DNA of 64,000 nucleotides, from positions 256,001 through 320,000 of the forward strand of contig CAWIIP010000001.1 of assembly GCA_963836235.1 (NCBI GenBank), in the 5' to 3' direction. The translations under genes and the position numbers were made by a program. Numbering within the stretch: the first letter of the stretch is position 1; each line of letters begins with the position of its first letter. Origin of the DNA: an uncultured Pseudomonadota bacterium (GTDB lineage Bacteria > Oederibacteriota > Muellerivitia > Muellerivitales > Muellerivitaceae). Below are positions 1 to 9,901 of the stretch, piece after piece. The notes under the pieces were generated by a model, which was not told the origin of the DNA, searched no databases, and saw only the letters and a program-made list of their open reading frames with translations.

Positions 1-93
1 CGACCCATGATAAAATGAATGGCGTCTAAATCGATATCACATCTCGTTTCTTCCTCGGTGCCCCGGCCTTGAAACGAATCCGAAAGGATTTTC

Positions 94-2223
94 ATGGCTC
101 CCAATCAAAAAGTTATTTCCCTTTTCTTCCTGATTTTGGCCCTGCTGATAGGCAATTCCATTTTCACTTACCAGAATTATCGAAAACTCAATTCCAATAA
201 TGAATGGGTCGTCCATACTCAACAGGTCCTGGTTGCAATGAATCGAGTTCGAAACTTGGCCAGCCGGGCCGAGAATCCCAAAGTTTGGCAAAGCCCCGCG
301 GCCATGAAGGCTTTGGCGGGAGATCCGATCTATTTCGCCCAAATTCAAGAAGCTGTTCAGGACTTAAAAAAGCTAACGGCGGACAATCCTTCCAAGCAAA
401 ATAAAATAAAAGAATTGGAATCCCTGCTCAATGTCTCCAGGGAAGCCAAAGCGGCATGGTGGAGAGGCAACAACCAGGATAATTTCCAAGTCCGGGAGAT
501 TCTGGCGGATATGCGGCAAGAGGAAAACCGGCTTTTAGGGTTGAGAGCGGAAGAAACCGATCTGAGCATCCACCGAACGGGTTTCGCCTTTGTCCTTACC
601 TTTTGCACAGCCGTTGTTTTTATTTTTTTCACCCTTTTTTTATGGAACAAGGATTTGCGCAGCCAGATAAATTTGAATAAAAGCCTGGGGGAAACGCGGG
701 ATAAGACCCGGCTATTGGATTCGATTATGAGGAGCATGTCAGAGGGGATCGTCGTCGCGGACTGTAACGGCCAGATGACTTATTTCAACGACGCGGCCAA
801 ACGGATCACGGGTATCGGGATGTCAGCTCAAAAACCGGATAAATGGACTGAAGAATACGGCGTTTTTAACGAGGACAAAGTCACGCCTTGTCCCGAAGCG
901 GAAATTCCCCTGGTGAAGGCCTTCCACGGGGTTGAGGTCAACCATGTCATTCAATTCCTCCGCAATTCCGGCCATCCCATGGGGATTTTCGTCAGCGTGA
1001 ACGGCCGGCCCCTCCGGGACGAGCTTGGAAACATCACCGGGGGGCTGGTGGTGGTACGGGATATTACCCAGGAAATGCAGGCGGAGGAAGGGAGCAAGAA
1101 ACTAGAGGCAATCCTCCGCACCCAGGACTTCATCACTTCCGTCCTCGAGAACCTTCCCAACATGGTTTTCGTCAAGGACGCGAAGGACTTGCGCTTCGTG
1201 ATGTTCAACAAGGCGGGGGAGGAACTCCTGGGTATTCCCCGCGCCGACCTTATCGGCAAGAACGACTATGATTTTTTTCCCAAGGAGGACGCGGATTTCT
1301 TCACGGCCAAGGACCGCAAGACCTTGGAGGCCCGCCAGCTCCTGGATATCCCCGAGGAAACCCTTCAAACGCGCGAGAAAGGCCCGCGGATCCTTCATAC
1401 GAAGAAAATCCCTGTTTTGAATCAGGACGGTATTCCACAGTATTTGTTGGGGATCTCGGAAGATATCACGGCGCAGAAAGCCCAGGAAAACCTCAAAATT
1501 TATACGAAAGCCTTGGAAACCAGCAACCAGGAACTGCAGGATTTCGTGTTCGTGGCTTCCCACGATCTGCAGGAACCCCTTCGGAAAATCCAGGCTTTTG
1601 GGGAATTTCTCCGGGATGAATTCAAGGCGGTCCTGGGGGAAACGGGCCGGGATTATGTGGAACGGATGAGAAGCGCCGCCAACCGCATGCAAATCCTGAT
1701 CAACGACCTTTTGGCCCTCACCCGGGTGACCACCAAGGCGAAGCCTTTCATTTCCGTAAATCTTTCGGATATCCTTCAAGGTGTCCTCTCCGATCTTGAA
1801 ACCCGAATTCAGGAGAAGAAAGCCAAGGTGGAGGTAGCTTCTCTCCCCACCCTGGAAGCTGACGAAACCCAGATGCGGCAATTGTTCCAAAACCTCATCG
1901 GCAACGCGCTAAAGTTCCAACGTCCCGGCGTTCCACCGGAGATCACGGTTTACGCTTCCGCCGCGCCCAAGGCGGTCGATGGGGAAGGCCGTTGCCGGAT
2001 TAAGGTAGAGGACAATGGCATCGGGTTCGACAACAAATATGGTGAACTAATCTTCAAGGTGTTCGAAAGGCTGCATGGCAGGGACGAGTATGAGGGGACG
2101 GGGATAGGCTTGGCGGTCTGCCGGAAGGTCGTGGAACGGCATGGAGGGACGATTAAGGCAGAGGGAATTCCGGGAAAAGGCAGCATCTTTACGATCGAAC
2201 TGCCTCTTCACCACAAATCATAA
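94..2223 (+). CDS. Membrane sensor histidine kinase (CHASE3-like, 2 PAS, HisKA, HATPase; Cph1/BphP-type kinase core)
   Basis: Two TM segments flank WVVHTQQVL...LTADNPSKQ (CHASE3-like); two PAS repeats; H-box ASHDLQEPLR; N-box QLFQNLIGNALKF; DNGIG and GTGIGLA boxes. Confidence 0.93.
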   Translation: MAPNQKVISLFFLILALLIGNSIFTYQNYRKLNSNNEWVVHTQQVLVAMNRVRNLASRAENPKVWQSPAAMKALAGDPIYFAQIQEAVQDLKKLTADNPSKQNKIKELESLLNVSREAKAAWWRGNNQDNFQVREILADMRQEENRLLGLRAEETDLSIHRTGFAFVLTFCTAVVFIFFTLFLWNKDLRSQINLNKSLGETRDKTRLLDSIMRSMSEGIVVADCNGQMTYFNDAAKRITGIGMSAQKPDKWTEEYGVFNEDKVTPCPEAEIPLVKAFHGVEVNHVIQFLRNSGHPMGIFVSVNGRPLRDELGNITGGLVVVRDITQEMQAEEGSKKLEAILRTQDFITSVLENLPNMVFVKDAKDLRFVMFNKAGEELLGIPRADLIGKNDYDFFPKEDADFFTAKDRKTLEARQLLDIPEETLQTREKGPRILHTKKIPVLNQDGIPQYLLGISEDITAQKAQENLKIYTKALETSNQELQDFVFVASHDLQEPLRKIQAFGEFLRDEFKAVLGETGRDYVERMRSAANRMQILINDLLALTRVTTKAKPFISVNLSDILQGVLSDLETRIQEKKAKVEVASLPTLEADETQMRQLFQNLIGNALKFQRPGVPPEITVYASAAPKAVDGEGRCRIKVEDNGIGFDNKYGELIFKVFERLHGRDEYEGTGIGLAVCRKVVERHGGTIKAEGIPGKGSIFTIELPLHHKS

Positions 2224-2233
2224 GGAGGAATGG

Positions 2234-2701
2234 ATGATGAAGGACAAGGGACTTTTGCCGATTTTAATGGTGGACGACGACCAAGACGACCGGATGATGG
2301 CCGAAAAGGCCCTGCGGAAAAACCGTGTCGTCAACCCGATTATTTTCCTCGCGGATGGGGAGGAAGTGATGGATTACATAAAACGAAAGGGAAAATTCTC
2401 GGATCCGGCCACCTCAATCCGGCCTTGTTTCATCCTTTTGGATTTGAATATGCCCCGGATGGACGGGCGTAAGGCGCTTCTTTTCCTGAAGTCCGATTCG
2501 CAGCTGAAGAAAATCCCCGTGGTGGTCCTCAGCACCTCCAGCGCGGAGGAGGACATCCTGCGCAGTTACAACCTGGGCGCCAACTCCTTCATCACTAAGC
2601 CGGTCACTTTCGACGGCTTGGTGTCGACAATGGAATCCCTGAAAAACTATTGGCTCGAAATCGTGGAATTACCCCACGACAATGGAAACGAGACCCAATG
2701 A
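2234..2701 (+). CDS. Single-domain response regulator (Rcp1-like)
   Basis: ILMVDDD, LLDLNMPRMDG, SYNLGANSFITKP; SD AGGAGG at 2223-2228 puts the start at 2234 or 2237 rather than 2141. Confidence 0.92.
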   Translation: MMKDKGLLPILMVDDDQDDRMMAEKALRKNRVVNPIIFLADGEEVMDYIKRKGKFSDPATSIRPCFILLDLNMPRMDGRKALLFLKSDSQLKKIPVVVLSTSSAEEDILRSYNLGANSFITKPVTFDGLVSTMESLKNYWLEIVELPHDNGNETQ

Positions 2702-2801
2702 GTGAAAACCCGGCAAGCTGTTGATCGTGGAAGATGACGGGGAAGATTTCCTTCATTTCGCGATCAGCGCTCAGGAGCCGGTCTATATCCAGGCCGGTTG
2801 A
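2698..2801 (+). pseudogene. Frameshifted N-terminal remnant of a receiver-domain gene
   Basis: ATG overlaps the previous stop (ATGA); restoring one base gives MSE(K)PGKLLIVEDDGEDFLHF, a receiver beta1-alpha1, which then ends at TGA 2799-2801. Confidence 0.6.
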
Positions 2802-2811
2802 AAGGGTAAGC

Positions 2812-4328
2812 ATGAAAGCTCTCGCCTGGATCAACTTAACTTTAATCTTTTCGATGATTCTCTTGGGCGGCTCCCAGGCTATTGGCCAAACGGCCGCGCC
2901 TTACAGCCAAACACCGGTTTCCACGCCGACATCCAGAGAAAAATTGTTTATTAAAACCGGGGCCGGACTTTATCTTTTCCAGCTTTATTCGACGATTTAT
3001 GATCGACCAACCAAAAACGGAATACCTTATGAAATGAATTTACCGGTACGCCCAGTGGCACCACTTCACCGGGAGGGGAGACGCTCACACCGACCGGAAC
3101 CCCAACCAACACTGGGACATCCACAGAGACTTTTTGCGCGTCCTGCACTCAAACAACAACTGTTATTTGGACGTCAACAAACACACCGGCTATACCTGTT
3201 ACCTCCTTAACGCCCACTTTTACTACCACGGTGACCGATACGTTTACTCCCACGGATACGCCGACTTTTCCAGTCACCATCACCATTACGCCAACGGGAA
3301 CTCCGACTAATACTGGAACTCCCACCGTCACCCCGACTCCAATCAATAGTGGGGTGGTATCCACATTAGCGGGCTCCGTTAAAATAACCGGTTCAACCAA
3401 TGGAAACGGGACCGCTGCCTTGTTTTATGTGCCCACGGGCGTCGCGGTAGATACCTTCGGGAACGTTTACGTCGCGGATCAAGACAATGACCTAGTCCGG
3501 GAAATCCTTTCGGGAGGTGCGGTGACGACCTTAGCGGGTCAAGCCGGGGTCATTGGGGCCACCAACGCCACAGGTACAGCCGCGTCGTTCTTTTTACCCA
3601 CGGGTGTCGCCGTGGATTCCTCTGGGACGGTTTACGTCGCAGATCAAGGTAACGACTTGATTAGGGAAATCGCCCCCGGTGGAGCCGTATCGACATTGGC
3701 GGGGTCGGTGAGCGTTTCTGGGTCCGCAAACGGTCCAGCCGCCATTGCAAGGTTCAATTTGCCCGTTGGGGTCGCGGTAGATTTCTCCGGTAATGTGTAT
3801 GTCGCAGATTTTGGCAACAACATGATCCGGAAAATTTTTCCTGGCGGGGAGGTGACGACCTTGGCGGGGTCCGCGGGTGTGACCGGGACCGCCAATGGAA
3901 CCGGAAGCGCCGCATTGTTCAATGAGCCCATTGGAGTTGCCGTGGATTCCTCCGGGAACGTTTATGTGGGGGATCATGGCAACCACTTGGTCCGAAAAAT
4001 CACCTCTGGGGGGATAGTGACTACCCTGGCAGGGTCAGGGTCCGCCGGGGGCCTGAATGGAACGGGAACGGGCGCATCATTCTATGGACCGAATGGAGTT
4101 GCGGTTGATTCCACCGGGAACGTTTACGTGGCTGACGGCGTCTTAATCCGTGTCATCTCCCCCGGGGGAGTGGTTTCGACCCTGGCGGGGTCGGGGTCAG
4201 CCGGATCCGCAAATGGAACGGGAGCCGCCGCATCGTTCAATGGGGCCGAAGGAATCGCAGTCAATTTCTCCGGGAAAACCGTTTTCGTTGCAGATGAGGG
4301 AAACGAACTGATCCGGGAAATCCAATAA
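2812..4328 (+). pseudogene. Secreted Thr/Pro-stalk NHL-repeat beta-propeller protein, split by a frameshift (NHL part 3231-4328 intact)
   Basis: Signal-like MKALAWINLTLIFSMILLGGSQAIG at 2812 is in one frame. The T/P linker and 6 NHL repeats (F.xP.GVAVDxxGNVYVAD) are open from 3033 in another frame, with no start codon before 3231. Confidence 0.65.
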
Positions 4329-4542
4329 GGAATAAAGTTTTTTACCCATCGTTTCGATGAGGTTTTAAGCTTGAGGAATTAAGACAAGGTTGGCGCGATC
4401 ACGGAAGGCCGGCTTTATTTGGTGCTATTTGAGGATCATCCTGCGTTCAAATTTTTTCCAAGAATTCTCAATACGAACGAACTTTAACAGAGTGAAATAC
4501 AAAAAAATATTTTGGATTCAATAATTTAAGTGGATAACTGAA

Positions 4543-4684
4543 TTCTTTTTTGCTGTAGAAAAACCTTTAATCTTAAATTCGGTGATGGGCGAGCACTGTT
4601 TTCAGGCGATATGCCTTTAAGTTCCTCGAGATTTTTCCTCCACAATTCACTCCACTTCGTCGGTACCACCACCAAGACTTTCAC
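4543..4684 (-). repeat. Degenerate duplicate of the dnaJ 3' end
   Basis: 23-nt exact match of 4662-4684 to 5144-5166; translates VKVLVVVPTKWSELWRKNLEELK...PITEF versus DnaJ VKVLVVVPTNLNEEQRKKLEEFK...PITEF. Confidence 0.85.
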
Positions 4685-4689
4685 TTAAC

Positions 4690-5016
4690 CTACCGAGTAC
4701 CATCGGTTTGCCCGACGGGGTGGCTATCCCCCAATAAAAGGGCGGCTTTCGCGATGATTTTTTCCTGACTGGCCGGTTTGGCTAAAAGCCTGACATTGGA
4801 CAAGGCGTCCACCCATTGCTCCAATTCGGGCGTGATGTTGGAGGAAAAAACCAGCGTGGGCTTTTTTGACAGGATGGGGTTGGTCTTCAAAAGGTTGAGG
4901 AAAGTTCGGCCGTCCATCCCGGGCATTTCCAGGTCGGTGATGATCTGGTCCACATTCTTCTGGGCCATCTGGAAAAAGACCTGGCGGCCTTCCCGGTCTT
5001 GAATCGAAGAACTCAT
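4690..5016 (-). CDS. N-terminally truncated response regulator receiver domain (possible pseudogene)
   Basis: IITDLEMPGMDG, FSS and LAKP motifs are present; the beta1 acidic pocket (xVDD) is absent. Confidence 0.65.
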   Translation of the reverse strand: MSSSIQDREGRQVFFQMAQKNVDQIITDLEMPGMDGRTFLNLLKTNPILSKKPTLVFSSNITPELEQWVDALSNVRLLAKPASQEKIIAKAALLLGDSHPVGQTDGTR

Positions 5017-6177
5017 TTATTTTTTGTGGTAGGAATAGGCTTTCATCTTATTTGCGAATTCGGTAATAGGCGGTGTATTGTTTTCGGTCACAACATCTTT
5101 AAATTCTTCCAGCTTTTTCCGCTGTTCCTCATTCAGGTTCGTGGGTACCACCACCAAGACTTTCACGAATAAATGGCCCTGTCCTGATTCTTTGGGGTTC
5201 CGAATGCCTTTATCCTTTAAACGGAGGGTAAGGCCGGATTGGGTGCCGGAGGGAATCTTCATTTTGACCGGGCCTTCCAAAGTCGGGACTTCGATTTCAG
5301 CGCCTAAGGCGGCTTGGACAAGGGTGATAGGCACTTCTATATGAAGGTCCTTGCCTTCTCTTTTAAAGAAGATGTCCGGCTTCACATGCAGATAAACATA
5401 AAGATCCCCGGCGGGGCCGCCGTTCTGGCCTGCTTCGCCCTCGCCCCTGAACCGGAGGCGGGAGCCATCATCCGCGCCAGGGGGGACCTTGACGGAAAGA
5501 GTACGCTCTTTCTCCACACGCCCGTGGCCGTGACAGGTGGGGCAGGCCGCGCCGGGCAATTCCCCTTGGCCGTTGCAACGAGGACAAGTGCGGGCAGTGG
5601 TAAAAAAGCCTTGGGATTGGCGAATCTGGCCTGTGCCATGGCAAGTGGGACAAAGCACCTGGCCAGAACCGGCCACGGCGCCGGAGCCATGGCAAATGTC
5701 GCAGGTCGAGAGCTTTCGGAAATGGATATCGCGGGTGGTACCGAAAGCGGCCTCTTCAAAAGAGACTTCCAAATCAAAACGCAGGTCGTTGCCCGCTTCG
5801 CCCTCGCTTCGGGCCGTGGCCGAACGGCCTCGGCCCCGCCCACCGAAGAATTGGCTGAAAACATCATCCATATCGCCGAAGTCCTCGGAGCCGTTTCCGG
5901 GGCCTTGGGGGCGCCCTCCTCCGGCGTTGCCGTCCGAAAAGCCGCCCGCCCCGACCCCCGCGTGGCCGAATTGGTCGTACTCGGATTTCGTTTTGGGGTC
6001 CGAGAGGACCCCATAGGCCTCGTTGATTTCCTTGAACTTTTCCTCGGCGCCTTTGTTGTTGGGATTGACGTCCGGATGATATTTTTTAGCAAGGGTGCGG
6101 AAAGCGTTCTTGATCTCATCAGCGCTAGCGCTTTTTGAAATTCCCAATAGCTCGTAATAATCTTTTTTGGAAGCCAT
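5017..6177 (-). CDS. dnaJ: Molecular chaperone DnaJ
   Basis: J domain DYYELLG...HPD, G/F-rich region, four CxxCxGxG repeats, C-terminal GDLYV domain. Confidence 0.97.
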   Translation of the reverse strand: MASKKDYYELLGISKSASADEIKNAFRTLAKKYHPDVNPNNKGAEEKFKEINEAYGVLSDPKTKSEYDQFGHAGVGAGGFSDGNAGGGRPQGPGNGSEDFGDMDDVFSQFFGGRGRGRSATARSEGEAGNDLRFDLEVSFEEAAFGTTRDIHFRKLSTCDICHGSGAVAGSGQVLCPTCHGTGQIRQSQGFFTTARTCPRCNGQGELPGAACPTCHGHGRVEKERTLSVKVPPGADDGSRLRFRGEGEAGQNGGPAGDLYVYLHVKPDIFFKREGKDLHIEVPITLVQAALGAEIEVPTLEGPVKMKIPSGTQSGLTLRLKDKGIRNPKESGQGHLFVKVLVVVPTNLNEEQRKKLEEFKDVVTENNTPPITEFANKMKAYSYHKK

Positions 6178-6317
6178 ATTTCTACACCCTTCAACCGGGG
6201 TTTGATGAACAAAAAGAAAGACCTACCCACACTTTACGCTTTAGTCCGGTTTCTTCCAGCCCCTGGGGCCTAATATTGAAATATTTTAAGTTGATGAAGG
6301 CCTGGGGAGGAATCGGC

Positions 6318-7097
6318 TTATTTGGTGAGGTTTTCGGTAACCACGTCTCCCACCAACAACAGCCCTTGTCCACCTGTAATGGAGGTGGTCAGGTTTCCGC
6401 TAACCGCTTCGAGCGTGTAGGAGCCCGAGGCGGGGTAGGCCGAGGAGGGGATGTTGACCGGGGAGCCCACGGTTCCGCAGGCGGGCGTGGTGAATGTGGT
6501 GACGCCGGAGGAATTAAGAACCTGCACGAGGCTCCAGATTCCCGAATTGGTCCAACTAACGGCGGAGCCATCCAGGGCTGGAGTGACGGGGCCCGGCATT
6601 TGTAAGGTGGCGGAAGCGGTACCGATGGAAGTGGCCGTAACCAGCGTCCAATTTGCCCCGTAGTCCGGAGGACCGACAGGTTGGTAATAGAAGTAATAAG
6701 CGTAGTTGACGCCATTGATACTCGTAGTGGATGAATAAGGCACGCTGGCATAGGGGGATCCTCCAGCGAGGACGGTCACGCCAGTCGTGGTTTCGGCGTT
6801 GCCATTGATCAGCAGGTCGAGTTCAACTGCGAAAATGGGGCTGGTCGATGAGGCGTAATTGACAACTCCGAGGACGATCTCGGCGGTATTCCAATAAATG
6901 CCCGAAGGCGTCACGGGAACCGGGGTGAGGGTCGCGCAAATATTGAAAGGGACCGGGGTGGAGGTGGCGGTGGGGATGGGGACGGACCCGGAGGACCCGG
7001 GAGACAAGGGGCTGACGGTATAGGTTTTCTGACAGCTGGCTCCCAAGATGAGGAGAAAAAGAAAGGCGAAGAGGGCCAGAAATTTCCGGGAAGTCAT
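6318..7097 (-). CDS. Hypothetical lipoprotein, Ser/Thr-rich, beta-rich
   Basis: Lipobox LGASC after a hydrophobic stretch; PTATSTP linker. Confidence 0.75.
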   Translation of the reverse strand: MTSRKFLALFAFLFLLILGASCQKTYTVSPLSPGSSGSVPIPTATSTPVPFNICATLTPVPVTPSGIYWNTAEIVLGVVNYASSTSPIFAVELDLLINGNAETTTGVTVLAGGSPYASVPYSSTTSINGVNYAYYFYYQPVGPPDYGANWTLVTATSIGTASATLQMPGPVTPALDGSAVSWTNSGIWSLVQVLNSSGVTTFTTPACGTVGSPVNIPSSAYPASGSYTLEAVSGNLTTSITGGQGLLLVGDVVTENLTK

Positions 7098-7155
7098 AAA
7101 TTGTCCTTGGACATATTCGAAGCAAAATTCTTCTCAAATTATCTATAATCCCGTT

Positions 7156-8343
7156 ATGAAAAGCACAGGGTATTTGAAAAATTGTGTCAGGTGGAAAAGA
7201 CTTTATATAGGGGGGGTAGTGGGTTTAGGTCTTTTCACTTTGATTCTCCCGCTTTTCGCCGATGACGAAATCCCTCCTCCACCCCTCCAGGCGCCGACGG
7301 AAGCCCCGCCCCAATATCAGTACCGGGTTCCATCCGATCTTTCGGACGGATGGAAGGTGGGGGACATACGAAAAGAAAAAATCGACTTTGAGCGGCTTTC
7401 CCGGGGAATCGACCGAATAACGGCCGGAGCCGTTGACGATGTTCACAGCCTCTTGGTGATAAGGCATGGCAAAATATTATTGGACGAATATTACAAGGGG
7501 CACTCGGCCCTCGACCCGCATCCTTTGTATTCCTGCACGAAGTCGGTCTTTTCCACGATCTATGGGATCGCCCAAGACCAGGGGCTTCTGAACCTGGACC
7601 AGAAAATTTTAGATTTTTACCCTGATGAGCGATCGAAGACCGGATGGGATTCCCGGAAGGATTCCATCACGGTGGCGATGCTTTTATCCATGACCTCCGG
7701 CCTGGATTGCAATGACGCCCCAACAACCGGAGTGAACTGCGGGGGAGCACTGGGCCAATCAAACGATTGGTTGGGCTTTTGTCTGGGATTGCCCCTGGCC
7801 CATGAGCCGGGGACGGCCTGGACCTACAACGGGGCCTGCTTGGTGCTTCTTTCCAACCTGATCGCCCAGAAAAGTGGCATGAGTTTAAAACAATACGCGA
7901 ACAAATATCTTTTGGTCCCCTTGGGTATCAAGGGTGATACCTGGGTGATCGGGCCTCAAGGTATTACCCGAGTGGACTACGGGCTCTATTGGAAGCCACG
8001 GGATATGGCCAAGCTAGGGCAGTTGTACCTGAACAAGGGCTTGTGGAATGGAAAACGGATTGTCTCGGAAGCCTGGGTGAAAGAGGCAACGACGGTGCAC
8101 GCGCCTTTAAAGCAGGCTTTCGGGGACAATTATGGTTACTTGTGGTATGTCACCGACATGCGATACAAAGGCCGGATGATTCAAGTGTTTGACGCCACCG
8201 GTTACCAGGGGCAGGCGATTTTCGTTTCCCCCGACTTGGACTTGGTTTGTGTGATGACGGCGGGAAGCGATACTTCTCAAATTTATGGGCAGGAAATGAA
8301 CCTTTTCGAGGATTTCATTCTCGGATGTTTCACAAACCCCTAG
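7156..8343 (+). CDS. Serine hydrolase, beta-lactamase class C-like family
   Basis: SxxK (SCTK), [10 protein letters not shown] (WTYNG), [23 protein letters not shown]; N-terminal signal. Confidence 0.9.
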   Translation: MKSTGYLKNCVRWKRLYIGGVVGLGLFTLILPLFADDEIPPPPLQAPTEAPPQYQYRVPSDLSDGWKVGDIRKEKIDFERLSRGIDRITAGAVDDVHSLLVIRHGKILLDEYYKGHSALDPHPLYSCTKSVFSTIYGIAQDQGLLNLDQKILDFYPDERSKTGWDSRKDSITVAMLLSMTSGLDCNDAPTTGVNCGGALGQSNDWLGFCLGLPLAHEPGTAWTYNGACLVLLSNLIAQKSGMSLKQYANKYLLVPLGIKGDTWVIGPQGITRVDYGLYWKPRDMAKLGQLYLNKGLWNGKRIVSEAWVKEATTVHAPLKQAFGDNYGYLWYVTDMRYKGRMIQVFDATGYQGQAIFVSPDLDLVCVMTAGSDTSQIYGQEMNLFEDFILGCFTNP

Positions 8344-8387
8344 GGCGCCTCCTCATCCGACCGACGAACTCGCTCCTTTACCCATCC

Positions 8388-8416
8388 TTGCGAGGGAAAG
8401 TCCTTTCCCCTATAAT
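8388..8416 (+). promoter_or_regulatory. Putative sigma70 promoter of glyA
   Basis: TTGCGA-N17-TATAAT, followed by SD AAGGAGA before ATG 8463. Confidence 0.6.
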
Positions 8417-8462
8417 TCGCTCTTTCATCGCCCTGCCGCATAATAACTTTCAAGGAGAACCC

Positions 8463-9779
8463 ATGTCCCTCGATTTCCTGAAAAACGCCGATCCCGCCGT
8501 TTGGGAGGCGAATCGAAACGAGCTCAAGCGCCAGAACGAAAAACTGGAAATGATCGCCTCGGAAAATTTCACCAGCCTGGCGGTCATGGCCGCGCAAGGC
8601 GGGGTGATGACCAATAAATACGCCGAAGGCTATCCGGGCAACCGCTATTACGGCGGCTGTGAGTACGTGGACGTGGTGGAAAACCTGGCCCGGGAAAGGG
8701 CCGCCAAGATTTTCTCCAACGCCGAATACGTGAACGTGCAGCCCCATTCGGGGAGCCAGGCCAACATGGCCGTCTATTTCACCTTCGTGAAACCGGGCGA
8801 CACCATCCTGGGATTGGATTTGTCCCACGGTGGCCACCTGACCCATGGCAGCAAGGTGAATTTTTCGGGGAAGATGTACAACTTCTTCGCCTACCAGACC
8901 CGCAAGGAAGACGGCCGGGTGGATTTGGACCAGGTGAAGGATCTGGCGCGTCAGCATAAGCCCAAGATGATCAGCATCGGCGCCTCCGCTTACTCCCGGG
9001 ACTGGGATTACGCCGAGTTCCGAAAAATCGCCGACGAGGTCGGGGCCTTTCTCTGGGCGGATATCGCCCACACGGCCGGCTTGATCGCGGCGGGGGAGCT
9101 TAACAACCCCATGGCTTTCTGCCACGTGGTTACCACCACCACCCACAAGACCTTGCGTGGCCCCCGGGGCGGGATGATCCTCATGGGGAAGGATTTCGAT
9201 AATCCCTTCGGCATCACGGCGCCCAAGAGCGGCCGTACCCGAAAGATGAGCGAGCTTTTGGACAGACAAATTATCCCGGGTATCCAGGGCGGGCCCTTGA
9301 TGCACGTGGTGGCGGCCAAGGCCGTGGCCTTCGGGGAAATCCTGAAGCCGACGTTCAAGGATTACGCCAAGCAGATCAAGGTGAACGCCAAGGCGCTTTG
9401 CGAGGCACTGATGGGCTACGGGTTCCAAGTGGTTTCGTCCGGAACGGACAATCACTTGATGCTCATTGACCTTCGCAACAAGAAGATCAATGGGAAACAG
9501 GCACAATTGGCCCTCGACGAGGCTAATATTACCGCCAACAAAAACGCAGTGCCTTGGGACACCGAATCACCCCTGCTTACTAGCGGTTTGAGGCTGGGTT
9601 CGCCAGCCCTGACGACCCGAGGCTTCAAGGAAGCGGAATTCAAGCTGATCGCCAAGTGGATCAACGACGTGGTTTCAGCCCCCGAGGATATGGGGGTGCG
9701 GAATAAGGTGAAGGGCGAAATCGGGGAAGTGACCAAGAAGTTTCCACTTTATCCGGAGCTGCTTCAGCAAACGAATTGA
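8463..9779 (+). CDS. glyA: Serine hydroxymethyltransferase
   Basis: [43 protein letters not shown] (PLP Lys), GTDNH. Confidence 0.98.
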   Translation: MSLDFLKNADPAVWEANRNELKRQNEKLEMIASENFTSLAVMAAQGGVMTNKYAEGYPGNRYYGGCEYVDVVENLARERAAKIFSNAEYVNVQPHSGSQANMAVYFTFVKPGDTILGLDLSHGGHLTHGSKVNFSGKMYNFFAYQTRKEDGRVDLDQVKDLARQHKPKMISIGASAYSRDWDYAEFRKIADEVGAFLWADIAHTAGLIAAGELNNPMAFCHVVTTTTHKTLRGPRGGMILMGKDFDNPFGITAPKSGRTRKMSELLDRQIIPGIQGGPLMHVVAAKAVAFGEILKPTFKDYAKQIKVNAKALCEALMGYGFQVVSSGTDNHLMLIDLRNKKINGKQAQLALDEANITANKNAVPWDTESPLLTSGLRLGSPALTTRGFKEAEFKLIAKWINDVVSAPEDMGVRNKVKGEIGEVTKKFPLYPELLQQTN

Positions 9780-9901
9780 ACCGCAAATCCCTTGACTGCC
9801 GCAAAGGGTCTTTGAACAAGAAATCACCTGATTTTAAAAATGTTGTTGCGGCGCTTAGATCCTGGATGGTACGCCGGTTAAAGGACTTTTGAAGAGAAGT
9901 T

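Noticed and set aside
3030-3032. TGA readthrough or alternative genetic code in the NHL gene
   Set aside because: TGA terminates conserved genes here (glyA, pheA, hisC), and another in-frame TGA lies at 3000.
4386-4396. 11-mer CAAGGTTGGCG shared with the intergenic region at ~51222
   Set aside because: Too short, flanks unrelated; compatible with chance.
4543-5166. dnaJ repeat pair as a DGR template/variable repeat
   Set aside because: Mismatches are not adenine-specific, include indels, and no reverse transcriptase is present.
8340-9506. 388-aa antisense ORF over glyA (similarly over dnaJ, the kinase and aroG)
   Set aside because: Antisense shadows of GC3-rich conserved genes.
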